In this document: positions 27,994-37,690 of the stretch, one piece after another
How positions within the stretch are numbered: the stretch's first letter is position 1
Layout of the letters: each line of letters starts with the position of its first letter
The notes under the pieces: generated by a model
The model's input: the letters and a program-made list of their open reading frames with translations, nothing else
Told to the model about the DNA's origin: nothing
Databases searched by the model: none
Translations under genes and position numbers: made by a program
Virus record (IMG/VR): IMGVR_UViG_3300021958_008980
Location: 12,465-76,464 of that record
DNA length: 64,000 bases
DNA from: a virus
Lineage: Duplodnaviria > Caudoviricetes
Direction: 5' to 3' (one strand)

Positions 27994-28424
27994 CTGTGAG
28001 GACCCATATTTCCGTGTTTGTCTTGTATGTCTTGCTTGATTAGATATGCCCACATGTTGGCTTCTTGATGTGTTACTCTAAAATCATAAGTCGAGGGTTT
28101 TTGAAACATCTTGTTTGTGTCCTCAAACCTTCCTTCCTTTATTGTGTCCATCCAAACTGTGTAATCTGCTTTGAACTGTTTCCTTGTTTCTTCAGTTGGG
28201 CACACAAAATCGGCCACAACATTTCTATTCCTGTCAACGGCCTCTTCAGCAAGAGTCCACATGCGTAGTGATTGTCTCTTTCTACCCTCTTCCGAGAAGT
28301 CCCAATCATCTGCTTCTTTTCTCACTACATCTGCGTTAATCCATACTGCATTGAACATCGGTGCAAGTAATTTCGCCAATGTTGTTTTGCCTGATCCTGG
28401 AAGTCCCATAATTAATATCTTCAT
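27990..28424 (-). CDS. adenylylsulfate kinase (CysC)-like P-loop kinase
   Basis: MKILIMGLPGSGKTT, WINADVVR, DFSEEGR, ADFVCP and FQKP. It is short (144 aa). Confidence 0.75.
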   Translation of the reverse strand: MKILIMGLPGSGKTTLAKLLAPMFNAVWINADVVRKEADDWDFSEEGRKRQSLRMWTLAEEAVDRNRNVVADFVCPTEETRKQFKADYTVWMDTIKEGRFEDTNKMFQKPSTYDFRVTHQEANMWAYLIKQDIQDKHGNMGPHR

Positions 28425-29098
28425 TTTACTTTCAAGAATCCTTTTGCTTTTACAAGTGCTGTTTCCCAATCTTCAAGAGTTATATCGTATTCAAAGTTTT
28501 GTGTCTTATCATTTACTTGTAACTCCTTTGCTCCATTTTTTATATGGAAGTTCCTGGCCATATCCGTCAAGGGCGAAAGCGTGATCAACCTATTGAGGTG
28601 GTTTGACTTCTTGACCATCTTGTACACTTCGTTGACAATGGCACGTCCGCCTCCCTTTTTCTTGGCCCATACCGTGTATGCTATCGCCATCGAACCTTGC
28701 ACACCTGCCCTGTGTATAGATTGCAGTGCGGCATCATAACTCATCTCTTCCATCTCTTCCACTGTCCTTGGCACGTCATTTGTGAACGCGAAACACATTA
28801 TCGCGGCTATCTCACCAACATCGTCCTTCAAGCCGTAAATCTTCCTTCCGTATGATTGTCTGAATTGTAAGTCAAGTTCAGGACGCACAGGATCTTCCTT
28901 GACGTCTATGTAAGGCAATTCAACAAGTTCATACTTGGCTTCTTTGATTTTCTGCTTGGTGTATGCTTCTAAACTTTTGTAATTTTTATTTGTGTATGAT
29001 TGTAACTGTGAAAATTTCTCCAAGAGTCCAGTAACGGATGGATGTTCCTTCCATCGTTCCAAAACTTCTTTCAGTTTTTCTCTATTGAGTATTTCCAT
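28421..29098 (-). CDS. hypothetical protein, possible C-terminal GNAT-like fold
   Basis: AYTVWAKKKGGGRAIV...LITLSP...ARNFHIKNGA resembles acetyl-CoA-binding motifs A and B. Confidence 0.55.
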   Translation of the reverse strand: MEILNREKLKEVLERWKEHPSVTGLLEKFSQLQSYTNKNYKSLEAYTKQKIKEAKYELVELPYIDVKEDPVRPELDLQFRQSYGRKIYGLKDDVGEIAAIMCFAFTNDVPRTVEEMEEMSYDAALQSIHRAGVQGSMAIAYTVWAKKKGGGRAIVNEVYKMVKKSNHLNRLITLSPLTDMARNFHIKNGAKELQVNDKTQNFEYDITLEDWETALVKAKGFLKVK

Positions 29099-29101
29099 TT
29101 C

Positions 29102-29206
29102 TTATTTGTATATGAATGGGTCTTTCTTTTTTAGTTCTTTCAATCTTTTCCTGTACTTGATCTCTTGCTTGATCTTGTTAATAAGATTTTTTATCCAAGT
29201 GAACAT
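29102..29206 (-). CDS. 34-aa basic micropeptide (not in ORF track)
   Basis: MFTWIKNLINKIKQEIKYRKRLKELKKKDPFIYK; AGGAGG SD and TAATG overlap. Confidence 0.78.
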   Translation of the reverse strand: MFTWIKNLINKIKQEIKYRKRLKELKKKDPFIYK

Positions 29207-30000
29207 TATTTTCCTCCTATCAGTTTGTTAAAAGTTGGTAACATTAATTGTACGGCATCCTCGTGTGCCTTGTCAAGCGGATGTGTTGTGGCATATTCAT
29301 AATGATTTAGACTGGCCCATTGGTTGAATCCCATCATACGCTCTCCAAATGAAAACCATTTGGTAAGATCTATCTCGTCATGTAGACCTGTCATGAGAGA
29401 ATCTATGTTCTTCATGTGTGCTTCGTAATCATAGAACAGGCTGTTGTCAGCAAGAGTAAACATGTATGGAATGTTTTTCTTCTCCAAAATGTTCTGCAAC
29501 CATATTATGCTCTTCCAACTGAGATAGGCTTCATGGTACATGTTGGCCGCGTACTTGTATATTGCTTCTGCGAAGGGACCGGTGCCATTGTGTTTGGCTA
29601 TCTCCCTCCTTTCATTCCAAAGTTGCATTTGGTAGTCATCATTTTGCAATTTTTCAAATACCCTTCCTTGATCTTTTTCCGTATCCCAAGGCGACAGGCT
29701 GGCCCATCTTGCTGATTCAAGCGAACCATGGCGCTTCATTGCCCAGTCGTATCTTGAAAGGAAACTCCACATCACCACCACACAATCAACTTCATCCTTT
29801 GAAATTTCATGAAACACCCTACGTGCTATTCCACAATTTCCTAATCCTCCCCTGGCTGTGTTAATAAACGTACTGCCACTGTCTCTAATTTTATGTAAGT
29901 GACTGCTCCACGTCTTTTGTGATGGCAAGCCGGGTGTGTCATCACTGAGTTCATGCCCCCAAGTGAAACTGCAACCTCCTGCTATAAATCTTTTAGTCAT
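29206..30000 (-). CDS. SGNH/GDSL-like hydrolase/acyltransferase-fold protein
   Basis: GGCSFTWG (block I), NTARGGLGN (block II) and THP..AHE (block V His). Confidence 0.65.
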   Translation of the reverse strand: MTKRFIAGGCSFTWGHELSDDTPGLPSQKTWSSHLHKIRDSGSTFINTARGGLGNCGIARRVFHEISKDEVDCVVVMWSFLSRYDWAMKRHGSLESARWASLSPWDTEKDQGRVFEKLQNDDYQMQLWNERREIAKHNGTGPFAEAIYKYAANMYHEAYLSWKSIIWLQNILEKKNIPYMFTLADNSLFYDYEAHMKNIDSLMTGLHDEIDLTKWFSFGERMMGFNQWASLNHYEYATTHPLDKAHEDAVQLMLPTFNKLIGGK

Positions 30001-31159
30001 ATATTTGTAAAACTTTATTTAAAAGCGGAAAAACTTCTCCAAAATTTTCTTTCCTGTACTGATCTGTTTGCAGTATACGAGACTTACGTCTTTCCCTGAT
30101 GTCCGGTGTGTCTCTGTCCTGAGAATTCATAAAACGCAGTGTTGGCTGAAAATCAGTCAACATGTTGTACCTACTGTTTACTATGTTCTTAACTTGCTTA
30201 GGTAATGTTTGCACATTGAAATAATCTGGATCAAAGCATGTGTTCACATAGAAAAATTTTGGCTGGTACTGAGCCACCCATAGAGATATCTTTGCAAGAT
30301 TAAAGATATTAAATATTGACACAGTAGAACATATCTGGAAGTCCATGTTAGGAGTCTGCTGTTCTTTAAATTTTACTAGGTTGGCATTAACTTCTCTCCA
30401 GTTGGCAGGATGTCTTTGATACTCGAAGGGCTCTCCAACATCGTCTATACTGAAAGCAATTTCGACATGTTTGAAATAACTCCATAGGTCAAATATTTCC
30501 TGTGGTGGGAGTTGCGTGCCGTTTGTGTTGTAATGAATGTCTATGTTCTTGGCATATCCCTTCTCCACACAGTGCATCAATATCTTGAAGTGATCCTTGA
30601 TCATGAATGGTTCACCACCAGTGAACTCGAAATACTCTACGTGCTTGAGATCTTCCTGCAACTCGTCAAAAAACTGTGGATTACGTTTTGGCCAACCGCC
30701 CTCACGCAGATTCTTCCTGGCAACTGGATTTTCCCCATAATCAAGTTCCTCTTGAGCCCATTTTGAAGAACTCCATGATCCACAGATTCTACACTTGAGG
30801 TTACACACGTTACCTAACTTAAAGTCTATAAATTTCAGCGTTGGCTCGCTGTTAGGTGTCCAGTCCGTTAAACTTTTCTTCATTTTGTAAATTGAATTTT
30901 GTCTCTTTGAAGTTTTTCCTGCATTTTCTTCCTGCCAGCAACTTTGGCAACCTTCAGGACGTGCTCCGTCACGGAATTGGCCTCGCAGTGTTTCCATGAA
31001 ATTAGAGTGCTGTATAGATTTAAGGCTCTGTTTGTAGACTTTTACATCGGGGACATTGCCCTTGTACAAACAGCATGGAGATGCGCCGCCATTTACATCG
31101 ACTTCGAGATGTGTCCAAGGCAAAGGACACACATTGGATTTTATATACTTTTCCACCAT
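29993..31159 (-). CDS. radical SAM protein with N-terminal SPASM/twitch-like Cys motif
   Basis: CPLPWTH...PCC, CNLKCRIC (Cx3Cx2C), GGEP and YNTNG. Confidence 0.9.
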   Translation of the reverse strand: MVEKYIKSNVCPLPWTHLEVDVNGGASPCCLYKGNVPDVKVYKQSLKSIQHSNFMETLRGQFRDGARPEGCQSCWQEENAGKTSKRQNSIYKMKKSLTDWTPNSEPTLKFIDFKLGNVCNLKCRICGSWSSSKWAQEELDYGENPVARKNLREGGWPKRNPQFFDELQEDLKHVEYFEFTGGEPFMIKDHFKILMHCVEKGYAKNIDIHYNTNGTQLPPQEIFDLWSYFKHVEIAFSIDDVGEPFEYQRHPANWREVNANLVKFKEQQTPNMDFQICSTVSIFNIFNLAKISLWVAQYQPKFFYVNTCFDPDYFNVQTLPKQVKNIVNSRYNMLTDFQPTLRFMNSQDRDTPDIRERRKSRILQTDQYRKENFGEVFPLLNKVLQIYD

Positions 31160-32547
31160 TCTAAGATTTCCGGTTCCTTTGCTAATATTTTTTTGATGTC
31201 GGTTCCACGTATACTATCCAATCTTTCACATTCATTTTTACCGTGCCTCCAACCCTTTTCGCAGGTTTCCCTGTCGTATCTTTCATCGTTAGTGGCATGG
31301 CTCTTGATGTCATGTAGGCCTTCGAGGAATGCCATGTTGAAAACACTCTTTTTTTCATCCTTGTATTTGTGTATCAACTTATCAAGTACAAGGTTTAATA
31401 ACTTTCTCGGCAACCATAAAGGGCTCATAAAAATTTCTGGACTGAATGTAAAAACTTTTTTGCACAGCAACGGTACCTGTAAATCTTTTTGTAGTTCATG
31501 CATGTTTTCCAGATCAAAAAGGCCTGGCATGGTTACAGTCAGGTCTAGTTGCAGTTGTCTAGGATGTTTCATAAATTTTCTAGCATACCTCATATTTTCC
31601 AACCACTCGTCATACTTGAGTCCTGTTCTAATATATTCTCCTATCTCGCCGGTGCCGTCGATGCTGGCATTTATTTGCCAATCTTTGAATTTTGATAGCA
31701 CGTCATCGAACAAATTTTTCCCAAAGAATTCTATTCTGCTCATGTTCGAATTATACCTTGCAAACACACTGTCAGCATATCCAAGTTCTATTACACGTTG
31801 CATGGCTGTCCAGTGTATTTTCCACATCAAAGGTTCACCGCCACACCAGTAAAATTCTTTAATTGTTTTGTTCTCAACTGCTTCCATAAATTCTTTGACA
31901 ACGTGTTGATCATGGAATTTCTGTAATTGTTCTTTGATGTCTTTCCTACCCCATATATCTTTTGTTTCGTACCTGTCTGCTCTCCCATGCTTTCTGTTCT
32001 CTGCCTCCCAACTGCTTGAAAGCATATCACCGCACATTCTACATGAAAAATTACATAAATTAGAAAACCTGTAGTCCCAACTTGTAACTTTCATAGTGGT
32101 GGCACCTGTATCATCTGTTGATTCAAACGCTTCGTCTATTTGGCCAGCGTAGAACCTGTTAAAATGCTGTCTATAAACTTGAGAGTTAAGCAGTTTGTGG
32201 TTACAAGTGGCGCATTGTGGTATTTCTTTTCCGGCCAAGAGTTTTAATCTTATACTTTTCATGTACTCCGAATTCCAGTGTTCATCCAGAGTTTGCAAGT
32301 TTATTTTTCTGTTCTCTCCGTTTTTTTTAAGTTCAGAAGTGGTATCTATGTACTGTTTGAAATTTTTAGATTCTTCTCTCGAGGCACAACACAACCTTCT
32401 CTCCATCTGTGGTGATATGTAGGTGTGCGTCCACGGCGCCATACAAAATGTCTTGTTACCTTCACTTGGTTTTATCCTTTTATTTGAAGTGACAACTATT
32501 CCCTGCCTTGGCCAACGTTCTTCTGCAGTCGGAAATCTATTTTTCAT
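31141..32547 (-). CDS. radical SAM protein with N-terminal SPASM/twitch-like Cys motif
   Basis: FCMAPWTH...LCC, CNFSCRMC and GGEP. ATG taken at 32547. Confidence 0.9.
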   Translation of the reverse strand: MKNRFPTAEERWPRQGIVVTSNKRIKPSEGNKTFCMAPWTHTYISPQMERRLCCASREESKNFKQYIDTTSELKKNGENRKINLQTLDEHWNSEYMKSIRLKLLAGKEIPQCATCNHKLLNSQVYRQHFNRFYAGQIDEAFESTDDTGATTMKVTSWDYRFSNLCNFSCRMCGDMLSSSWEAENRKHGRADRYETKDIWGRKDIKEQLQKFHDQHVVKEFMEAVENKTIKEFYWCGGEPLMWKIHWTAMQRVIELGYADSVFARYNSNMSRIEFFGKNLFDDVLSKFKDWQINASIDGTGEIGEYIRTGLKYDEWLENMRYARKFMKHPRQLQLDLTVTMPGLFDLENMHELQKDLQVPLLCKKVFTFSPEIFMSPLWLPRKLLNLVLDKLIHKYKDEKKSVFNMAFLEGLHDIKSHATNDERYDRETCEKGWRHGKNECERLDSIRGTDIKKILAKEPEILEWWKSI

Positions 32548-33826
32548 ATTTTTCAAATAGTTCCTTCCATTCGGGAAACACATCTAGTGTGTTTTCGTTT
32601 CGTATAGAATCATACTTTCTTGTCTGCGAAAAAAAATTATCTAGATGTTTTTGATTGTCTGTGGCCATCATCCATTCTATTGCAGACTGATATCCTTTGG
32701 TTGCCCTGGTAAGATGATCCTGACCTTGCAACCATTTCATGTGCGATTCATATTTCTCCTTCACCGCTTGTTTGTACTCCGCTGGTAGCAAATCCATTCT
32801 CTGCCACGTGGGGTGTTGTAAAAGATTGAAATTGAAATCCTGTGGTTTTATTAGTCCCTGATCTACCCAACTCTTATGGAAATCTGTTACGTGTAGGCTG
32901 TTTATTAATCCGACTGTCGAACTGATATAAAAATCCACCTGTGGACATATTTCCATCATTCTTTTCCTGTTGTCAACTATTTCTTTCCACACCGTGCCTT
33001 TACGCATCAGTTCTGCACGTGGTCCTTCCGCATCTAGACTGGCTCCTATGCTTACCGAATCAAACTTGTTCCATAACTCGAACACATCTATATCTTTGAA
33101 TTTGGTCCTGCTGAAATTTGTGTTGTATATCAACCTAACGTGATACATTTTTCTTTTGTCTAACTCCTTAAGTATGCGATAGTGCTCTTCCATCATTATT
33201 GGTTCACCACCCGCAAAGTAAAACTGCTCTGTGTGTTCAAACTGTTCCAACATCTGCTCCCAAAGATCGTCGGTGTGTCTTCCTACCCTCATTATTTTTG
33301 CGTGGGGAGGTGGACTGCCTGTAAGTTTTTTATGGTCCTCGTACCAATTGGAACTGAACCATGTTCCACAACTCCTGCAGGCCATGTTACATATGTTTGA
33401 GAAACGTATGTCCCAATACTTCATTACGAAATCCGCTGTGCCGTCAGGCTGTGTGTTGTTTACTAAAGGAATATTGTGACCAAAGTGTTTGTTTGAACTC
33501 AATCGCAAACTGAAAAATCCAGACTTTTCTTGGTCATAACATTTGAGGCATTCACGCGATTTCTTATTGTTCAACATTCTTACACGCATTTCTTTCATTT
33601 TTTCTCCATTGAAGACTTCCGAAAGACTCTGTTCGTTAAGATTTCCTACAGGATAAGGATCGAAAGCAAAACAGCATGGATAGGCTCTTCCGTCCGGGTA
33701 TGCATGAATGTGCATCCATGGCAACATACAGAATGTGTCACTTTCTAAAAGTAACTCCTTTTCTTTTGCAGTCATGTCGTCTATTTTAAGTTTTACGGGC
33801 TCCTTTGCCCCATACTCATATGCCAC
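32537..33826 (-). CDS. radical SAM protein with N-terminal SPASM/twitch-like Cys motif
   Basis: FCMLPWMH...PCC, CLKC, CNMACRSC and GGEP. Confidence 0.9.
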   Translation of the reverse strand: MAYEYGAKEPVKLKIDDMTAKEKELLLESDTFCMLPWMHIHAYPDGRAYPCCFAFDPYPVGNLNEQSLSEVFNGEKMKEMRVRMLNNKKSRECLKCYDQEKSGFFSLRLSSNKHFGHNIPLVNNTQPDGTADFVMKYWDIRFSNICNMACRSCGTWFSSNWYEDHKKLTGSPPPHAKIMRVGRHTDDLWEQMLEQFEHTEQFYFAGGEPIMMEEHYRILKELDKRKMYHVRLIYNTNFSRTKFKDIDVFELWNKFDSVSIGASLDAEGPRAELMRKGTVWKEIVDNRKRMMEICPQVDFYISSTVGLINSLHVTDFHKSWVDQGLIKPQDFNFNLLQHPTWQRMDLLPAEYKQAVKEKYESHMKWLQGQDHLTRATKGYQSAIEWMMATDNQKHLDNFFSQTRKYDSIRNENTLDVFPEWKELFEKYEK

Positions 33827-35159
33827 GGTACCATTCTCCTATAATTGGGAAAGTTTTTTCAAAATCTTTTCCTGTTCTATTATCATATTGGCTGTAGAAA
33901 GTTTTAAAATCTTTCTGTAATTTTTCCTGTGCGGCCGCACCTGCGTGGGGTGTTTTCACAACATCCAAATAATCGATAAGTCTTTGCGTTTGATTCACTT
34001 CCATGCCCTCTAACCATTTCTCATTAGTAGTTAAGAACTTTTGGAGGTCTCCTTTAAATTTATTCCTTAGGTCGTCTGGTAGTACAAGAGGCGATTGAAA
34101 ACTAGGAAATCTCAAAATGTTCAAAGTGAAATTCATTGTTGGTCCATAGACTTTACCTGCACCTTTGAACCATACAAGTTTCTCTAAAAACTCCGGAAGT
34201 GATTCCAAACACAATGCGTTTATTGTGGCCATGTTGTGTATTTCAGACGGCACCTTGTCTACCATCATGTGTAGAACTTGACTATGCCAATCACCATAAT
34301 CTAATCCGTCTCTTATGTATTCGGCCTGACCAAATATTGCTTCACAACTAGTGTACAAGTGAAAATTTTTAAAATTTTTTAATTTTGTTTTAAATCTATC
34401 GATGATGCTTTGCTTTGCTCCCAGATTGGAGTTTATTGCAATACGCATTTTTGGATTCATCCTGTCACCCTGTGTTTCAATCCAATCCAGCAGTCTCCAT
34501 AAATTCGGTGACATCATGGGCTCACCACCTGTGATCCTTAATTCGTCCAAACTTTTATGCAAGTCAGTCTCCCACCATTTATAGAACGCCTCAACATAGG
34601 GATTGTGTTCATCCTTCTTGTATGGTTCTGCCGATTCATGGCTGTGGGTGTAGTGATTCCTTCCATCTGATGTAAGTCCTGCGTACGGTCCATGCTGTTT
34701 TATATTGTTGGCCCAAGTAGAACTGAACGCTGGATTGCAGTATGTACAAGCAAACTGACACGTCCTATCGAAGGCGATCTCCAGTGTTTTCAGGTTACAG
34801 TCTACATCGTGGCCAGAGTCGAATGCTTCTTTAAGGTGTTCATCATCGAAAATCCTGGATTTGTACACCCTATCACTGATTGCATCACGACCTATGTCTT
34901 CAATTTTCCAGCAGTACTCACACCCTGCTGGTCTTTCTCCGTTCTGCATCTGCCTGCGCTGTTCTTTTTTTTCTTTTGTGTTGTGTATAGCACTTGGATT
35001 GTCTTTTATAGCCTGCAAATCTATCTTGTGCGGTAACGGATGGTGACAACTTGTTGTCATTCCTGATCCCAGCCATATCGTTGCATTGTACCACTTGGCT
35101 CCACAGAAACTTGCGGATTTCGTGTCCAGTACCTGGCGTTTGTATTCTAGATCATTCAT
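33816..35159 (-). CDS. radical SAM protein with N-terminal SPASM/twitch-like Cys motif
   Basis: FCGAKW...SCHH, CEYC, CQFACTYC and GGEP. The ATG at 35159 forms an ATGA overlap. Confidence 0.9.
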   Translation of the reverse strand: MNDLEYKRQVLDTKSASFCGAKWYNATIWLGSGMTTSCHHPLPHKIDLQAIKDNPSAIHNTKEKKEQRRQMQNGERPAGCEYCWKIEDIGRDAISDRVYKSRIFDDEHLKEAFDSGHDVDCNLKTLEIAFDRTCQFACTYCNPAFSSTWANNIKQHGPYAGLTSDGRNHYTHSHESAEPYKKDEHNPYVEAFYKWWETDLHKSLDELRITGGEPMMSPNLWRLLDWIETQGDRMNPKMRIAINSNLGAKQSIIDRFKTKLKNFKNFHLYTSCEAIFGQAEYIRDGLDYGDWHSQVLHMMVDKVPSEIHNMATINALCLESLPEFLEKLVWFKGAGKVYGPTMNFTLNILRFPSFQSPLVLPDDLRNKFKGDLQKFLTTNEKWLEGMEVNQTQRLIDYLDVVKTPHAGAAAQEKLQKDFKTFYSQYDNRTGKDFEKTFPIIGEWYRGI

Positions 35160-36526
35160 GAGTTCTTGCACTCCTCCCAGAACTCCTCCATCTCAGGAAA
35201 TGTGTTCAAGAACCGTGTCAGACGTCTTCTGTCATGTTCGTTAAAAAATGCGTAAAAGTTTTTCTTGTTTTGCGTACTTGTGTCCGCGTTGTCGCGCCAG
35301 AAAGCGAGATTCCTTTGCATCTTCTGTATCTCGAAGTCTTTGAATATGTGCAGGCCCTTTTCCTCTCCGGAGTTGGCCTTCATGTACTCTATGTTGGCCT
35401 CATGGATGGCCTGATATGACTCTGGCAGGATGGTGATCTGTTGCCATGCGGGCTGTCTCAACAGTGGCACGTCAAACCATACCCTCTGGTAGGTCTTTGA
35501 GTAACGTTTACGCAGTTCCATTATCTTCTCCAGCAGTCGGTCCATGCTGGTGATACTGAGGTTGTTGTAGGTGCATATGAATGTGATGGAATTACGCACA
35601 GGTATCCTGTCAAGGAACTCCTCCACGTTGTCCATCATGTAGTTGAAATCTAGTCCGTCACGTATGTACTCTGCCCGTTTGCCATATGCATCCACGGACA
35701 CGAACTGCATCATGTGTTCCACCTTCTCCTCCATGCAGATGTTCTGTGCCATGTTGAAGTATTTCTCTTTCAATTTCTTGTCGGCCGGACACATGTTGCT
35801 GGTAACGTTGAGGTGTAGGTCCTGTTTGGGGTGATCCATTACGTATTGTAGCACACGATAAGTGTTCTTGTCCATCATGGGCTCACCTCCGGTCATCCTG
35901 AAGTGCTTGAGGTTCTTGTACAGCGTTGGCCACCACTTCCAGAACGCGGTCACGTATGGGTTCTCCTCACGGTTGGGTATCGGCCTTCTGCGACCCTGAA
36001 AATGCTCGGGAGCGTTGTGTGGAGGTGTCGTCGGGTACTCGCCGTAGGTTTCCACCTCCTTGGCCCACGTTGTCGAGAACTGTGGCGAACAATAACTACA
36101 CCTGAAGTTGCAGGCGTTGTTGAAGTTGACCTCAACGTACCTGGGCGTGTGCCTTTCGTCTATAGGATTGTCTTTGATCTTGTCGAAGTCCTGGATTGCC
36201 CATGGTTCACCCGAACGGTAGTGCCTGTCAGACATCTCACCGGTCTTCTCTATGTTCCAACAATAACTGCAACCATCTGGTTTTTCGCCGGACAGCATCT
36301 GTTCACGCTGTCGCATTTTCTCCTGGGTGTTGTGCAGTGCCGCTGGATTGTCCTTCAATTGATCCGCATCTATCTCGTGCAGTGGCGGATGGTAGCAACT
36401 GTTGGTAAGTCCAGTGGGTAGGTGCAGTGACGTCTGGTTCCACTTGGCCAGGCACATCGTGGGTGAAACCTGCTCAAGTTTCTTCTGTGCCGCCATTGCA
36501 TCACTGCTGTACTTACTTGTACTCAC
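35156..36526 (-). CDS. radical SAM protein with N-terminal SPASM/twitch-like Cys motif
   Basis: MCLAKW...SCYH, CSYC, CNFRCSYC and GGEP; GTG start. Confidence 0.9.
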   Translation of the reverse strand: MSTSKYSSDAMAAQKKLEQVSPTMCLAKWNQTSLHLPTGLTNSCYHPPLHEIDADQLKDNPAALHNTQEKMRQREQMLSGEKPDGCSYCWNIEKTGEMSDRHYRSGEPWAIQDFDKIKDNPIDERHTPRYVEVNFNNACNFRCSYCSPQFSTTWAKEVETYGEYPTTPPHNAPEHFQGRRRPIPNREENPYVTAFWKWWPTLYKNLKHFRMTGGEPMMDKNTYRVLQYVMDHPKQDLHLNVTSNMCPADKKLKEKYFNMAQNICMEEKVEHMMQFVSVDAYGKRAEYIRDGLDFNYMMDNVEEFLDRIPVRNSITFICTYNNLSITSMDRLLEKIMELRKRYSKTYQRVWFDVPLLRQPAWQQITILPESYQAIHEANIEYMKANSGEEKGLHIFKDFEIQKMQRNLAFWRDNADTSTQNKKNFYAFFNEHDRRRLTRFLNTFPEMEEFWEECKNS

Positions 36527-37409
36527 GATCTTGCACTCCCTTGTTTTTGTGAGGATTCATTGCGAACTTAAAGAACTTGCTGTCTTCCGCTGTGAAATCT
36601 GCGAGCGGCACATCCATTCTTTGCCTCAGGCTCTCTCCATACAGTCGGAGCGCCTGGTCTATGTCGTTTTCCTCAAAAAATTTGTTATAAACATTTTCCA
36701 TGTTGTCTAAATCCCTAACGCCTAGGTGATCCAGTCCGTCCAGCACAGTGTTGTACATGCCTAACCTGGCACCCATCATGGCGTACTTGCCGTTCTCCAC
36801 ATCTGCACCAACGGACATCCACGTGGTGAGTGTCCTCAGGTTGGGTGGCCATATCTGCTTGGCAAAGTTGTCTGGTTGCAAAGGCCTGCCCTTCGTAGTG
36901 CTCATCTTTACACCTTCCCTGTATCCTGCCACGAACGCCTGTCTTGGGTCAGCATTTATTACTGTGGTGGAATAGCAGTTGTGCAGGTTCTCGTGTGGTA
37001 CGCCCCAGCAGAAATCAATCTGGTTCTCATCACTGTCTGCGTTTTCGTGTGTCCGCATATTGAGGCATGTCTTCTTAGACCAACCTACAAGTCCACCGTT
37101 TCCGTATACCAATCCATTTATGTTGTTCAGTGCCCGCCACCTGTGTACTGCGTTTCTGTCGGTAAGTGTAAAATCCAAAGTCTCCAATAAAAACTGTTCG
37201 TGTAATATGTTGTCACCGTCAACAGATATGAAAAAGTCCGTGTCTGCTACCTCGGCCGCGGCCTTGTGTGCGTTGTCGAAACCAACAACTCCATCAACAC
37301 GCTTGGCCCATGGCACCTTGTTCCTGAGGTCCGCCCAATTCTCTTCCTTATTAGGCTCCTTGAAACTGATGTACACGAAATCTAGATCTGCAACTTTTAC
37401 CTTGTCCAT
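36513..37409 (-). CDS. GT-A fold glycosyltransferase
   Basis: DFVYISFKEPN...AHKAAA...FFISVDGDN (DxD). ATG taken at 37409. Confidence 0.75.
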   Translation of the reverse strand: MDKVKVADLDFVYISFKEPNKEENWADLRNKVPWAKRVDGVVGFDNAHKAAAEVADTDFFISVDGDNILHEQFLLETLDFTLTDRNAVHRWRALNNINGLVYGNGGLVGWSKKTCLNMRTHENADSDENQIDFCWGVPHENLHNCYSTTVINADPRQAFVAGYREGVKMSTTKGRPLQPDNFAKQIWPPNLRTLTTWMSVGADVENGKYAMMGARLGMYNTVLDGLDHLGVRDLDNMENVYNKFFEENDIDQALRLYGESLRQRMDVPLADFTAEDSKFFKFAMNPHKNKGVQDREYK

Positions 37410-37690
37410 GTGTAACCCCCATCTACCACATCTGTTGGCCAAAACATATTTCCCTGCAACAGTCCAAGACCTTTGTCTCCTTTTTCCAACATGGAGTATT
37501 TTGACCTGGCCTGTTGCTGTGGTCTCCTACAAATTTCACCTTTTACAATATGGTACTCTGCCTCACCGTTGTTCCTGATTTCATTGAAAAGTTTTGTCGA
37601 CACCTGGTACTGCTTACCGTCTATGGTCACTTCGGGTAGTGACTTTTTATGTTCTGGCAATTTTGCGATTGACTCAAAAAATCCTGGCAT
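37397..37690 (-). CDS. hypothetical protein
   Basis: 97-aa ORF overlapping both neighbours. Confidence 0.7.
   Translation of the reverse strand: MPGFFESIAKLPEHKKSLPEVTIDGKQYQVSTKLFNEIRNNGEAEYHIVKGEICRRPQQQARSKYSMLEKGDKGLGLLQGNMFWPTDVVDGGYTWTR

Noticed and set aside
30944-31852. 302-aa plus-strand ORF
   Set aside because: It is antisense to two radical SAM genes with clear motifs and has no recognisable features, so it is a shadow ORF.
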